The notes under the pieces were generated by a model. It worked only from the letters and a program-made list of their open reading frames with translations, did not search any database and was not told the DNA's origin. 64,000 nucleotides of DNA from the NCBI GenBank assembly GCA_963716145.1, contig OY970292.1, positions 140,104-204,103 on the forward strand, given 5' to 3'. A program made the position numbers and the translations under genes. Of this stretch, positions 50,366 to 60,528 are shown piece by piece. How positions within the stretch are numbered: position 1 is the stretch's first letter; the number at the start of each line of letters is the position of its first letter. The stretch is from Candidatus Levyibacteriota bacterium. Its GTDB lineage: Bacteria > Patescibacteriota > Microgenomatia > Levybacterales > UBA12049.

Positions 50366-51685
50366 TTAATCTCTAATTTCCTTATTGACTACTTTTCCAT
50401 CCTCATCAATTTGATAAACAAGAATTTCTCCAACTTCGATTTCGAGTTTAGTTATATCATTGTCTGATATTTTTTCCAAATGCTTGACCAACGCTCGTAG
50501 ACTGTTGCCATGGGCCGCGATAATCACATTTTTGCCTGATCTTAACTTGGGCAATATATTTTCTTCATAATACGGTACCACCCTATGATAAACATCTTTG
50601 AGTGACTCGCCGTTTGGAATCGGATCGTCCCAGCCCCTGCGCCATTTCATAAATTGCTCATCTCCAAATTCTTTTTGGATATCCCATTTGTTTTTTCCGG
50701 TCAGATCACCATAATCCCGCTCATTAAAAGCTTTGTTTGAAATTGTCGGAATTTCAGGCTGCCCTTTGGCTTTTTTAATTTCTTCTAGCGTTTGCTGTGC
50801 TCTTTTCAAAGCTGAGGTAAATGCGAGGTCCAGGCGGATATCTTTTAATTTCCCCCCATCTTCTTTTGCCTGATCATGCCCTTTCTGACTAAGCTCCACA
50901 TCGGTCCAGCCTGTCCAAAGACCCCGGGCGTTCCAAACAGACTCGCCGTGGCGGACAAGAACAAGATATGTTTTTTGGGTATTGGTCATAGGTTTTAGTG
51001 CTATTATGTATATTTTACCCTTATCAATTGTCCAATTTACAATATAAGGTAAATAGAAATGTTTTTTTAATTTTCTTCCCACCTTTTCGATTTCCTGCTT
51101 TTGCTTTTGTGAAAGATTGGAATTAGTTTCAATATTAAGATCAGCGGTGTGGAGTTGCCCGGAGATTTTATTATTGATCAGTTTTTGAACAATTATTGAA
51201 AAATCTGTTTTAAAATTATCTTTGTGATGCTTATGATTAAACAATAATTGTTGAGGTTCGGCTTGCCTTGCCCAAACATGTTTTATTGCTCTAATTAAGC
51301 TTTCGGAATTTTTAACAATTTTTTTGTCTGGGCCCACAGTCACCTCACCTTTTTTAAATACTCCGCCCATTTTTTTATATTCTGTAGCTATAGCATCTAT
51401 CAAGTCGCCAGTTATTTTTGAATCGTTGATTAATTTTTTAATATGATTTGAGACCTGCATCAGAGAATCTGTTCTCTCGTAATGTACAGTTGATAAAAGA
51501 TCCTCTATTTTCTTTTGTAGGCGATCATCTTTTAAAAATTCTTCAAATGCAAAATGTGTGACGACAAAGCCTTGAGGGATAGTAAATCCTAAATGCGCAA
51601 GATTTAATAAATCAGCAGTATTTTTTTCCAGTAAATCCAACTGGGTTTTGTCAATTTTTGAAAACGGTAAAATAGAAGAACTCAC
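50366..51685 (-). CDS. gpmA: Fusion protein: an N-terminal PEP-utilising-enzyme/PPDK_N-like domain fragment joined to 2,3-bisphosphoglycerate-dependent phosphoglycerate mutase
   Basis: The C-terminal ~215 aa (LVLVRHGESVWNARGLWTGWTDVELSQKG...AHGNSLRALVKHL) are clearly dPGM. The N-terminal ~220 aa carry LGFTIPQGFVVTHFAFEEFL and FSIIVQKLINNKISGQL, resembling the PPDK/PEP-synthase N-terminal nucleotide-binding domain. Confidence 0.75.
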   Translation of the reverse strand: MSSSILPFSKIDKTQLDLLEKNTADLLNLAHLGFTIPQGFVVTHFAFEEFLKDDRLQKKIEDLLSTVHYERTDSLMQVSNHIKKLINDSKITGDLIDAIATEYKKMGGVFKKGEVTVGPDKKIVKNSESLIRAIKHVWARQAEPQQLLFNHKHHKDNFKTDFSIIVQKLINNKISGQLHTADLNIETNSNLSQKQKQEIEKVGRKLKKHFYLPYIVNWTIDKGKIYIIALKPMTNTQKTYLVLVRHGESVWNARGLWTGWTDVELSQKGHDQAKEDGGKLKDIRLDLAFTSALKRAQQTLEEIKKAKGQPEIPTISNKAFNERDYGDLTGKNKWDIQKEFGDEQFMKWRRGWDDPIPNGESLKDVYHRVVPYYEENILPKLRSGKNVIIAAHGNSLRALVKHLEKISDNDITKLEIEVGEILVYQIDEDGKVVNKEIRD

Positions 51686-51755
51686 AGTATTTATTATGCA
51701 CGAGTTTTATTGACAACTCAAGCAAGGCCAAGTATAGTAATATAGAAGAAATATT

Positions 51756-52151
51756 ATGGCAATGAACCCGGATGATGTTATAAAATACAAAAGCCTATAC
51801 CTGCAAACATCATGGGGATATTTAAATATGCTCAGAAGAAATGTGTCCTTTTTGCTGCGAGGTACACAAATGCAAAATGCGGTAGAGGCTGCACATCTAG
51901 CAGCACATTCTCTAAAGAGCCAGAGTATTTTGATGGGATATGGCCAAATTGGAGAATTATCAGGAAAGATGGAGCAAATATTTAGAATAAGTAAGGAGCA
52001 GAATATATTTCCGGAAAATCAAATTCTTGAATTGATGCTTGAAACATTAAAAAAAGTACAAATATCTCTGACTCAAATATCTGAAAATGGAACAGAAGTT
52101 GACATGTCTGAAGAAATAAAAAGCCTTGAAACAAATCTAAAGAGCGAATAA
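51756..52151 (+). CDS. Histidine phosphotransfer (HPt) domain protein
   Basis: AVEAAHLAAHSLKSQSILMGYGQIGEL is the HPt helix with the phospho-acceptor His. Confidence 0.6.
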   Translation: MAMNPDDVIKYKSLYLQTSWGYLNMLRRNVSFLLRGTQMQNAVEAAHLAAHSLKSQSILMGYGQIGELSGKMEQIFRISKEQNIFPENQILELMLETLKKVQISLTQISENGTEVDMSEEIKSLETNLKSE

Positions 52152-52178
52152 CTTATCGCAGAATACCAGTCTTGAACC

Positions 52179-52553
52179 ATGAAAATATTACTTGTAGAAG
52201 ACGACAAATTTTTTAGGGAATTTTATGCCCAAAAACTTCGGGAGAAAGGTGTGGAAGTTTTTCAAGCAGGGGACGGAGAAGAAGGTTTGAAAAAAGTGAG
52301 CGAAAGCCTTCCCGATATAATCCTACTTGACCTAATCATGCCTATTAGAGATGGTTTTTCGGTACTTGAAGAATTGTCCAAGAATGTTAATGCAAAAAAT
52401 ATTCCGGTTCTCGTTTTTTCGACCCTCGGACAAGAAAAAGATATTGAAATGGCAATGAAGCTGGGCGCAAAGGGATATGTTAATAAAAGTTTTTTTGACT
52501 TTGAGACCCTGTTTAATAGGATTATGGAACTATCAAATAAAACAAATAACTGA
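52179..52553 (+). CDS. Stand-alone CheY-like response-regulator receiver domain
   Basis: MKILLVEDD...DIILLDLIMP...K, a complete REC with no output domain. Confidence 0.85.
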   Translation: MKILLVEDDKFFREFYAQKLREKGVEVFQAGDGEEGLKKVSESLPDIILLDLIMPIRDGFSVLEELSKNVNAKNIPVLVFSTLGQEKDIEMAMKLGAKGYVNKSFFDFETLFNRIMELSNKTNN

Positions 52554-52555
52554 TG

Positions 52556-52612
52556 ACTTATAACTGATAACAAATCCGAATCGAGTTTGTTTTAGTTATA
52601 AGTTATTTGTTG
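52556..52612. promoter_or_regulatory. Imperfect inverted repeat or attenuator-like hairpin between the REC gene and pilB
   Basis: cttataactgataacaaa-[11 nt]-tttgttttagttataag pairs 16 of 18. It shares the CTTATAAC and AACTGATAACAA motifs with the atpD-atpC spacer. Confidence 0.3.
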
Positions 52613-52638
52613 CTTGTTATAAGTTCATTTTTCTGCCC

Positions 52639-54324
52639 ATGTTAATATCAGATGAACAGCTAAAAAAAGTCGTACTGAAAGTCAATCTGCTTGATGAAAA
52701 AAAACTCACCCAGATTGAAGAGTACGCCAAGTCTGCTGAGATCAGCCTAAGTGACGCACTCATAGAAAAGGACATAGTATCGGATGAAAATTTGGGTATT
52801 CTGGTTGCTGATTTTCTAAAAATTCCGTTTATAGTTCTCTCCAAAATTTCAATTCCCGAAGATGTTTTCAAAATTATTCCTGAGAGGATAGCCCGTAAAT
52901 ACAAAGCAATTCCTTTTGCCCGGGATAAAAACGGAATAAAGCTGGCAATGACAGAGCCTGGAAACAAATTAATCCAGGAGATGCTGGAGCGTAAAACTTC
53001 ACAAAAAATTATACCTTATCTCTCAACTGAGCGTGATATTTTCGGTAAGCTTTGGATTTTTCGTAAAGATCTACAAAAGAGCTTTGATTCTTTGGTCGCC
53101 GAACAGTTAAAATCCGTGGGTAATAAGACATCTGCTCCAATCCCGATTGCAAAAATAGTTGATCTTATAATCAAATATGCTTATCAAGATTTGACATCGG
53201 ATATTCACATAGAGCCTGAGGAAAAAGGTACCTTGGTGAGGTTTAGAATAGATGGAATACTGCATGATGTCTTATCTCTTCCAAGTCATCTCCATGACCA
53301 AATTGTTACCAGAATAAAAGTGCTTTCGAATCTCAGAACAGATGAGCACATGGCACCCCAAGATGGAAAGATGAGGGTCGAACTGGAAGAGGAAAATCTT
53401 GACATCAGAGTTTCGCTTCTTCCCATCGTGTATGGTGAAAAAGTTGTTATGAGGCTTTTGGCTTCACATTTCAGACAATTTTCGCTGGTTGATTTGGGAA
53501 TGAGCGAAGGCGATTTGAAAAAAGTTACAAACGCGTTCACAAAATCATTTGGAATGGTCCTTTCGACAGGACCAACCGGGTCAGGTAAGACAACATCAAT
53601 TTATTCGGTACTCAAAATTATTAATTCGCGAGACAAAAATATAACAACAATTGAAGACCCGGTTGAATACCGGATGAAGGGTGTTAATCAAATTCAGACA
53701 AACGCCCGGGCAGAGCTCACATTTGCTTCTGGACTTCGTTCTATCTTGAGACAAGACCCCAATGTTATTTTTGTCGGAGAAATCAGGGACTCTGAAACTG
53801 CGGGAATTGCCGTTAACGCTGCTTTAACAGGCCATTTAGTTCTCTCAACTTTACATACAAATGACGCTGCAGGTACTTTGCCAAGACTAACCGATATGAG
53901 CGTTGAACCTTTTTTGGTTGCTTCAACTGTAAACGTGATCATAGCGCAAAGACTGATACGCAAAATTTGTGAAATGTGCAAAGGGTCAATTGATATAAAA
54001 GCGGACGAACTTTTGCGAAATTTACCAACTGATGTTGTAAGAAAGCATTTTGGGCAAAAGGATACTTTCCGAGTTTATAAGGGGCAAGGTTGTGCTGTTT
54101 GTCATTCAACCGGATATGCGGGAAGAATTGGTATTTTTGAGGTTCTTGAGGTAAGCGCTGAGATAAAAAAGTTAATTAATCAAAAAAATGACTCCGATGT
54201 AATTCTTGCACAAGCAGTAAAAGATGGAATGATTACAATGCTTGATGATGGTTTAATAAAGGTTATTAAAGGATTAACAACTATTGAGGAAGTTTTGCGC
54301 GTTACCAAAGTCGAAACAATGTAA
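52639..54324 (+). CDS. pilB: Type IV pilus assembly ATPase (GspE/PilB family)
   Basis: N-terminal GSPII_E_N domain, Walker A GPTGSGKTTS, Asp and His boxes, and a tetracysteine motif CEMC...CAVC. Confidence 0.9.
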   Translation: MLISDEQLKKVVLKVNLLDEKKLTQIEEYAKSAEISLSDALIEKDIVSDENLGILVADFLKIPFIVLSKISIPEDVFKIIPERIARKYKAIPFARDKNGIKLAMTEPGNKLIQEMLERKTSQKIIPYLSTERDIFGKLWIFRKDLQKSFDSLVAEQLKSVGNKTSAPIPIAKIVDLIIKYAYQDLTSDIHIEPEEKGTLVRFRIDGILHDVLSLPSHLHDQIVTRIKVLSNLRTDEHMAPQDGKMRVELEEENLDIRVSLLPIVYGEKVVMRLLASHFRQFSLVDLGMSEGDLKKVTNAFTKSFGMVLSTGPTGSGKTTSIYSVLKIINSRDKNITTIEDPVEYRMKGVNQIQTNARAELTFASGLRSILRQDPNVIFVGEIRDSETAGIAVNAALTGHLVLSTLHTNDAAGTLPRLTDMSVEPFLVASTVNVIIAQRLIRKICEMCKGSIDIKADELLRNLPTDVVRKHFGQKDTFRVYKGQGCAVCHSTGYAGRIGIFEVLEVSAEIKKLINQKNDSDVILAQAVKDGMITMLDDGLIKVIKGLTTIEEVLRVTKVETM

Positions 54325-54339
54325 TGAACTTAATAAATT

Positions 54340-55395
54340 ATGGGTAGTATAAAAAATCTATCGCTTTCCAGTAAGGATAAGATAGGTTTGATAAGCAATA
54401 TGTATACCATGCTTTCAGCAGGAATTCCAATTCTGGAAACTGTTGATTCCTTGCTTGAGGACGCGAAAGGTAACGCGAGAAAGCTTCTTTTAGTCCTTCG
54501 TGCCGATCTGGTCGAGGGGCAGCATGTCGCGGTTACTTTTGCAAAGTTCCCTAGAATATTTGATAAAGTAACTGTGAATATTATAAAAGCCTCCGAGGAG
54601 GCAGGAACGCTGGACGCAACTCTTAAAGACATTAAAGAGAATATAAAAAGGGATGTAGAATTTAATAATAAAATAAAAGGCGCTCTTATTTACCCTTTGT
54701 TTATAATGGGTGTTTTTGGGGCTGTTTTGATAATGATTCTTGTAGTTGTGGTTCCCAAAATTTCAACGGTTTTTTTACGCATGAATGTTCCCCTGCCGAT
54801 GCCGACACAAGTGATGATTTTTATGTCAAATGCGCTTATAAATAACACGATCCCTGTGATTTTGGGCGGAGGGTTGTCGATTTTTACTTTAGTGTATTTA
54901 TACAAAAGAAATAAAAGACTCTTTATTTCAGCTCTTATCTCTCTTCCGCTTATTTCGACTATGGCTCGAAAAGTGGATCTGACCCGGTTTACCAGAAGTC
55001 TTTATTTACTTTTGGGAGCAGGTATACCAATTACGTCTGCTTTGGAATTAACTCAAGAGGTAGTTGCTAAAAAGGACATGCAAATAGCCATAAGGCATGC
55101 TAAGGACACTGTTTTTGCAGGAAAAAAATTATCTCAGGGCCTTAAGGACAATAAGCAGATAATCCCTCCTATTATGATTAAAATTATTGAAGCAGGAGAG
55201 AGGACCGGAACTCTTGATAAGTCAATGCAGGACGTTGCTGAATATTTGGATTATGAAGTATCCAATTCTCTTAAAACTTTGACCGCGCTTATTGAGCCGT
55301 TGCTTTTGGTAGTTGTTGGGGTAATGGTTGGAGGAATGATGATGGCAATTATAAGTCCAATTTATGGACTGGTCGGACAGATTGGTGGAAATTAA
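54340..55395 (+). CDS. pilC: Type IV pilus platform protein (GspF/PilC family)
   Basis: 351 aa with two T2SSF repeats and three TM helices. Confidence 0.8.
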   Translation: MGSIKNLSLSSKDKIGLISNMYTMLSAGIPILETVDSLLEDAKGNARKLLLVLRADLVEGQHVAVTFAKFPRIFDKVTVNIIKASEEAGTLDATLKDIKENIKRDVEFNNKIKGALIYPLFIMGVFGAVLIMILVVVVPKISTVFLRMNVPLPMPTQVMIFMSNALINNTIPVILGGGLSIFTLVYLYKRNKRLFISALISLPLISTMARKVDLTRFTRSLYLLLGAGIPITSALELTQEVVAKKDMQIAIRHAKDTVFAGKKLSQGLKDNKQIIPPIMIKIIEAGERTGTLDKSMQDVAEYLDYEVSNSLKTLTALIEPLLLVVVGVMVGGMMMAIISPIYGLVGQIGGN

Positions 55396-55396
55396 A

Positions 55397-55873
55397 ATGC
55401 AAAAATTTAAAATTTCAAATGGATTTACTCTTATCGAGCTTATACTTGTCATGGGAATTTTTTCAGTACTTGTGGCTATTTCTACAATAAGTTTGGTAAA
55501 TATTCAGCATAAAACTTCACTTTCCGCAAATGTAAGCATTTTCAATGCTGATTTGAAGCAGCAGCAGTTGAAGGCAATGGTTGGAGAAGGTGATAGCGCC
55601 ACCACAACAATATACAAACGTGGAATTTATATGCAAGCATCTAATTATACTTTGTTTCGCGGATCGAGCTATGTTGCTGGAGATGCAAATAATTTTTCAG
55701 TATCGCTGTCTCCCAATACGCAGTTTACTGCTCCGAACACATCAATTATCTTTGAAAAAGGAAGCGGCGATGTTACAGGGGGCGCAACTGCAATTGTTTT
55801 GAGGGATACGCTGGATAATAGTCAAAAGACAATAAGCGTCAATAAGTATGGTGTGGTGACGGGGATTAATTAA
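55397..55873 (+). CDS. Prepilin-type N-terminal cleavage/methylation domain protein (minor pilin or pseudopilin)
   Basis: MQKFKISNG|FTLIELILVMGIFSVLVAI: class III leader, Gly-1, Phe+1, Glu+5. Confidence 0.75.
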   Translation: MQKFKISNGFTLIELILVMGIFSVLVAISTISLVNIQHKTSLSANVSIFNADLKQQQLKAMVGEGDSATTTIYKRGIYMQASNYTLFRGSSYVAGDANNFSVSLSPNTQFTAPNTSIIFEKGSGDVTGGATAIVLRDTLDNSQKTISVNKYGVVTGIN

Positions 55874-55930
55874 TTTTCAATTTGAAATTTACAATTTTCA
55901 ATGAAATCACAATTTTCAATTATTAAAAAA
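55871..55930. repeat. AT-rich intergenic repeat element, copy C (5' module only)
   Basis: taattttcaatttgaaatttacaattttcaatgaaatcacaattttcaat matches 43 nt of copy A with 1 mismatch. It overlaps the first codons of the downstream ORF. Confidence 0.7.
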
Positions 55931-57916
55931 ATGAAGGGACAAACTCTAGTTGAGTTGATTCTTGTAATGGGCATGGCGGCAATTATATTACCTGCGCTTT
56001 TGACAGGGTTTGTTGCGTCTAGAAATGGTAAGCCTCAGCAGCAGCAGCGTCTGCAGGCTGTAACAGTTCTCAAAGAATCTGAAGCAGCCGTCAGAAATAT
56101 AAGAAATTCCAACTGGGCAGCCTTTGCTACAAATGGAACGTATCACACTCAGATTTCCGGAACGCAGTGGGGTCTTGTGTCCGGATCATCAACAAACACA
56201 GATGGAATCAAGCAGGAAGTAATAATAACTGACGTAAAACGAGATGCCACTGGTGCAATTATCACAACAGGCGGGACTATCGACTCTTCGACAAAAAAAG
56301 TAACTATAACTATCTCATGGACCAAACCATCAACCTCTTCAATCTCTTCTGATATGTATGTTACAAATAGAAAAAATTTGACGCAAACCCAAACGCTCGC
56401 GGTAGATTTCAATGGTGGAACCAAAAGTTCAACAGTTGTCACAAACACCGCCGGCGGTGAGGTCGCTCTTGCTCAGTCTGTGGGTGCGGCAGATTGGTGC
56501 AGTCCTCAAAGCTCCATAGTTACCCAGTTGTCTCTTCCCAAAAAAGGCAATTCTATAATTGCTCCATCTTCTGCTGCATATATAGGTACGGGAGACGGAA
56601 CAGCAGGTGTGTCTTTTGTTAACGTTGGGGTTAATTATGCTATTCCCCCAAACCCCCCCACAGCTTCAGTTGTAGCATCGTATTCGGGAAATTATCAAAC
56701 TAACGCTGTCTATAGTGACGGAACTTATGCTTTTCTTGCGATCAATGGAAGTGCCCAGCAGGTCAGGATTTTAAATATATCGGCCCAGCCCTATACTGAA
56801 ATTGGAACAATTACAGTTCCTGGTGGCGTAAATGCCAACGGAGTTTACGTTTCCGGTGATATTGCCTATGTAACCAGCGGTGATAAATTATATAAATTTG
56901 ATGTGTCCAGCAAAGTCGGTTCACACACCACAGTTCTTGACCAAACTGATATGTGGCTCAACATTGGGGAGTCTCCTATTGCAAAGCAAGTTATGGTTGT
57001 TGGGAGTAAGGTATATGTAGGAACGGGTAACACGCTATTTGGGCTTCAGGTATTTAGGACATCAGATTTAAAGGTAGTTGGAGTCTCAAATCTTACCTGG
57101 GGTCAATCCGCACAAGGTCTATATGTCAATGCTGCGGGGACCAGGGGCTACATAGCTTTTAATAATGGAGGATTTTTTTCAAAAGGATTTTTTATAGTTG
57201 ACACCTCACCTCCTGATCCTTCCGGCTGGTGGGCTTTTCTTCCCAATTTTTACAATATCATAGGTACTTATAATTCCGGAACAACTGATCCGCGTAGCAT
57301 GGCAATAGCACCAGGTACAAGTAATAAGGCGCTCATTGGAGGAATAGGGGGTACATATGAGTATCAAGTTATCAACATAGCCAATGAAAGTAATCCTGTT
57401 TTTTGTGGAGGCCTTGATATTCCTAATGGTGTTACAGGAATTGCCGGAGCCAACGATTCATATAGCAATGTATTCTCCTACCTTTTGACAGGGGATACAA
57501 CCAATCAATTTAGGATCATTCAGGGAGGGGCAGGGGGAGGGGGAGGTGGATATGCGGCCTCAGGAACATTTGCTTCAAGCCTAATTGACGTGGGTTCATC
57601 AGCAGTATTTAATAGATTTGTGGCGACAGTAAACCAGCAAACTAATACAACCATTAAGATGCAAGTCGGCGTAGCGCCAGTTGGCGGAAGCGGCAATTGT
57701 ACAAGCGCTAGCTTTACCTATGTGGGACCTGACGGTAGTACCGCTTCATATTTTAATCCCACAGGTACTTCTATCGCCGGAACAATTCCGCTTGGCAATT
57801 ACGTCCCCAGTTATCAAAATCCTGCTCGTTGTTTTAGTTACAAAGCATATCTTACAAGTTCTGACACAACCAAGACATCTAAGTTGGAGGATGTAGTTGT
57901 TAATTATTCACCATGA
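55901..57916 (+). CDS. Large (671 aa) secreted protein with a prepilin-type leader; candidate pilus tip, adhesin or minor pilin
   Basis: MKSQFSIIKKMKG|QTLVELILVMGM, with Glu+5 and a hydrophobic helix. The remainder is Thr/Gly/Ser-rich and beta-rich (GTGDGTAG, GGAGGGGGGY). Confidence 0.6.
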   Translation: MKSQFSIIKKMKGQTLVELILVMGMAAIILPALLTGFVASRNGKPQQQQRLQAVTVLKESEAAVRNIRNSNWAAFATNGTYHTQISGTQWGLVSGSSTNTDGIKQEVIITDVKRDATGAIITTGGTIDSSTKKVTITISWTKPSTSSISSDMYVTNRKNLTQTQTLAVDFNGGTKSSTVVTNTAGGEVALAQSVGAADWCSPQSSIVTQLSLPKKGNSIIAPSSAAYIGTGDGTAGVSFVNVGVNYAIPPNPPTASVVASYSGNYQTNAVYSDGTYAFLAINGSAQQVRILNISAQPYTEIGTITVPGGVNANGVYVSGDIAYVTSGDKLYKFDVSSKVGSHTTVLDQTDMWLNIGESPIAKQVMVVGSKVYVGTGNTLFGLQVFRTSDLKVVGVSNLTWGQSAQGLYVNAAGTRGYIAFNNGGFFSKGFFIVDTSPPDPSGWWAFLPNFYNIIGTYNSGTTDPRSMAIAPGTSNKALIGGIGGTYEYQVINIANESNPVFCGGLDIPNGVTGIAGANDSYSNVFSYLLTGDTTNQFRIIQGGAGGGGGGYAASGTFASSLIDVGSSAVFNRFVATVNQQTNTTIKMQVGVAPVGGSGNCTSASFTYVGPDGSTASYFNPTGTSIAGTIPLGNYVPSYQNPARCFSYKAYLTSSDTTKTSKLEDVVVNYSP

Positions 57917-58856
57917 ATAGCGAATTAAGAAAAGAAAAATTATTAAGTTTTGTTAAAGCGCAGTGGAAGCTTCTTGCACTGGGAGGACTTATTCTGATTA
58001 GCTTGGTAGTAACTTTGGTAATACCAGCCGGAAATAAGACAGCGCAAGTCACACCCGGGACAAACATTAACAATGGAGTTGGTAGTGCGCCCAACAATAA
58101 TACGCCTACAAAAAAACCATTTAATCCCTTTGGATTTCTGCAAAATTCTCAAGATAAAGATAAATCAAATACAAAAAATCAGACAGATACAAGCCTCAAA
58201 AACATTAATAGCGGTAATACTAATGCTCCGATTCCATCAGTTATTACAAAAATCGCATCAAATGGAAGCAAAACGACACAGCCACTCAGCTCGGGAAGCA
58301 CAACGCAGACCACGCAGGGAACAATAAGTTCAGATGGAAGTATTCAGACTGGAGTAGACAGTAATACCCAGCCTGATGGAATAGCAGTTGTTTTTGACAA
58401 TGGAGATGGAACAACGACCACGTACGTTCCGCCCGGTACTCCGCCGGATGAGGTGAGATGGGGCAGATATACCAACAATACCAGCAAATACGCAATCAAT
58501 TTTCCATCAAACTGGCAGTACTTCTATTCAATAGATGCAAATGGATACGAGGGCACAGCCCTTTATCCTCCGGGCGTGGATCCAATGACAAGAATTCTCC
58601 ATTTATCGGTTTTGGCATGTCATCTGCTTTCTTAATGCCTGCTGCCTCAGACGCCACGGGCTCGCTGATCACTCCCCTCACTGTTGACGGGCTTTCGGGT
58701 AATTTGTATACCAAGGGGCCACTGGGAAATAGTTATATTGCGTCAGTACTCCAGTATTCCGGTAATTATTTTGGGTTGGGTGCAAGCAAAAGCGATGCGA
58801 CATTTGCTTACGTATATTATTACATGCTGAATTCACTGGATTTTAACATCGAATAA
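57913..58856 (+). CDS. Hypothetical membrane-anchored Ser/Thr/Asn-rich protein, apparently frameshifted near 58575-58590 (pieces 57913-58635 and 58458-58856)
   Basis: N-terminal signal anchor plus a low-complexity linker. The second frame continues a conserved-looking C-terminal domain (FIGFGMSSAFLMP...). Restoring one nt gives ...PPGVDPNDKNSPFIGFG.... Confidence 0.45.
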
Positions 58857-58857
58857 A

Positions 58858-59349
58858 ATGACAAGACTCAAAGGTTTTACTCTCGTCGAATTAACAATGT
58901 CTATCGGAATTATGCTTCTGCTTATGTCTGTAATGACAGGAATTTTTGGGTCCATTGTTGACACGAGTCTTGATTCAAATGCGACATCAGGAGTAGATCA
59001 GGACGGAAGATATATTACTGCAAGGCTTGCATATGATATGCAGCGCGCAACGCAAATTGTCACCCCTGCCGTCCCGGGATCGACAACCAGCACAACACTT
59101 ACTGTGAAAATAAATTCTATAGACTATATATATAGTCTGAATGCAAATGGAGATTTGCAACTTACCGATAATTTGGGAGCCAATAATCTAAATAGCAATA
59201 CCACACAGGTTAGCAATCTAACCTTTCAAAGACTCGGAATCGGAGACACGACCGATACTGTGCAGGTAAAATTTCGGTTGACTAGTAGAATTAAGGAGAA
59301 TTCAGGTAATGAGACAAAATTGTTTCAAACAACACTTGGAATACAATGA
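58858..59349 (+). CDS. Prepilin-type protein (pseudopilin)
   Basis: MTRLKG|FTLVELTMSIGIMLLLMSV. Confidence 0.75.
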   Translation: MTRLKGFTLVELTMSIGIMLLLMSVMTGIFGSIVDTSLDSNATSGVDQDGRYITARLAYDMQRATQIVTPAVPGSTTSTTLTVKINSIDYIYSLNANGDLQLTDNLGANNLNSNTTQVSNLTFQRLGIGDTTDTVQVKFRLTSRIKENSGNETKLFQTTLGIQ

Positions 59350-59723
59350 GAGGACAAGCTTTAGTCACATTAATATTCTTTATGGTCTTTGCAACCGCTG
59401 TTACAACGGCGGCAGTGTTTGTTATCGCGACAAATTCCATAAGCGGAGCGAAATTTCAAGAAGGTACTGTTGCGTATCAAATAGCGCAAAGCGGGGCTGA
59501 CAATGCATTGGTTAGGCTTCTGCGTGACCCTTCCTATCCGGGAGAAACTTTGAGCGTGGGATCGGGGAGTGCTATAGTTACCATTACGGGAACAGGTACT
59601 ATTGCGGATCCATATATAATACTATCCAAAGGAAAGAAAGGTAATTTTACCAAACAGATACAAGTAACAGCACAGTATATCAATAGTCAAATGAGTGTAA
59701 TTTCGCAAAAGGAGCTATTTTAA
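59346..59723 (+). CDS. PilX-like minor pilin (PilX_N-type N-terminus)
   Basis: MRGQALVTLIFFMVFATAVTTAAVFV lacks Glu+5 and resembles the PilX N-terminal domain. Confidence 0.5.
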   Translation: MRGQALVTLIFFMVFATAVTTAAVFVIATNSISGAKFQEGTVAYQIAQSGADNALVRLLRDPSYPGETLSVGSGSAIVTITGTGTIADPYIILSKGKKGNFTKQIQVTAQYINSQMSVISQKELF

Positions 59724-59724
59724 T

Positions 59725-60528
59725 ATGTCAGAAGCAGGTGTCATTTATTTACAAAAGGATAAATTTGATTTTTATACCCCTTTGCTTGGGAAAATTATTG
59801 AGTTCCGTTTTGTGCCGGAAATAGTTAAGGATCTGGATGTTATAAATCCTGAACTTTTTGAAGATCTCATAAAGCTGTTTATTGCCAATAACAAAATACC
59901 AGCGTGCGGCATTACTATGATATTAGCAGATAACGCGAGTTTTATAAAAGATTTTTTACTGACCGATATTCCCCCTCAGCTTCCGGAGCAGACACCTAAT
60001 CAGGAGAATAGCGTTGTGTCAATTCCACGCCTGACCCCTGAGGTTCTGAAAGAACAAGTAGGATTTTTCCTTGAACACGTTCCCTTTGATGATGTGGCCA
60101 GTGAAACATATTCGCTGAGCAACGGAACAAAGGTATGGGCTACAAACAGAGAACTTTACGAGACTATTGCCGGAGCGTTTGAAAAGCAAGGCTTTCAAAT
60201 TAAAGCTGTTTTGCCCGGTTTGGTATTTGAGGGAAACATAGGAAGCAAAGAGATTTTGGATATTGCGATGTCCAATATGGTCTTGCAGAAATTTGATTCA
60301 TTAAGGCAGCACAACTTATTAACAGAAAAACAAATAGAACCCCAGATAAAAGAGAATACGGAAAACAAACAGGTGAAAAAAAATGAAGTAGCACAAGAAA
60401 TAATTGATACAACAGATCAACCAAAACCCGGAACAAATAAAAAGAGATTAGTTCTTTTAGTAATAGTTTTTGTTTTACTTATTGGAGTATTGGTAGTTTT
60501 GTTTATTACCCAAAAACCGCTGGGATAG
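59725..60528 (+). CDS. Hypothetical protein with a C-terminal TM anchor; pilus-locus associated
   Basis: 267 aa with a soluble N-terminal domain and a C-terminal KKRLVLLVIVFVLLIGVLVVLFI anchor. I recognise no family. Confidence 0.4.
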   Translation: MSEAGVIYLQKDKFDFYTPLLGKIIEFRFVPEIVKDLDVINPELFEDLIKLFIANNKIPACGITMILADNASFIKDFLLTDIPPQLPEQTPNQENSVVSIPRLTPEVLKEQVGFFLEHVPFDDVASETYSLSNGTKVWATNRELYETIAGAFEKQGFQIKAVLPGLVFEGNIGSKEILDIAMSNMVLQKFDSLRQHNLLTEKQIEPQIKENTENKQVKKNEVAQEIIDTTDQPKPGTNKKRLVLLVIVFVLLIGVLVVLFITQKPLG

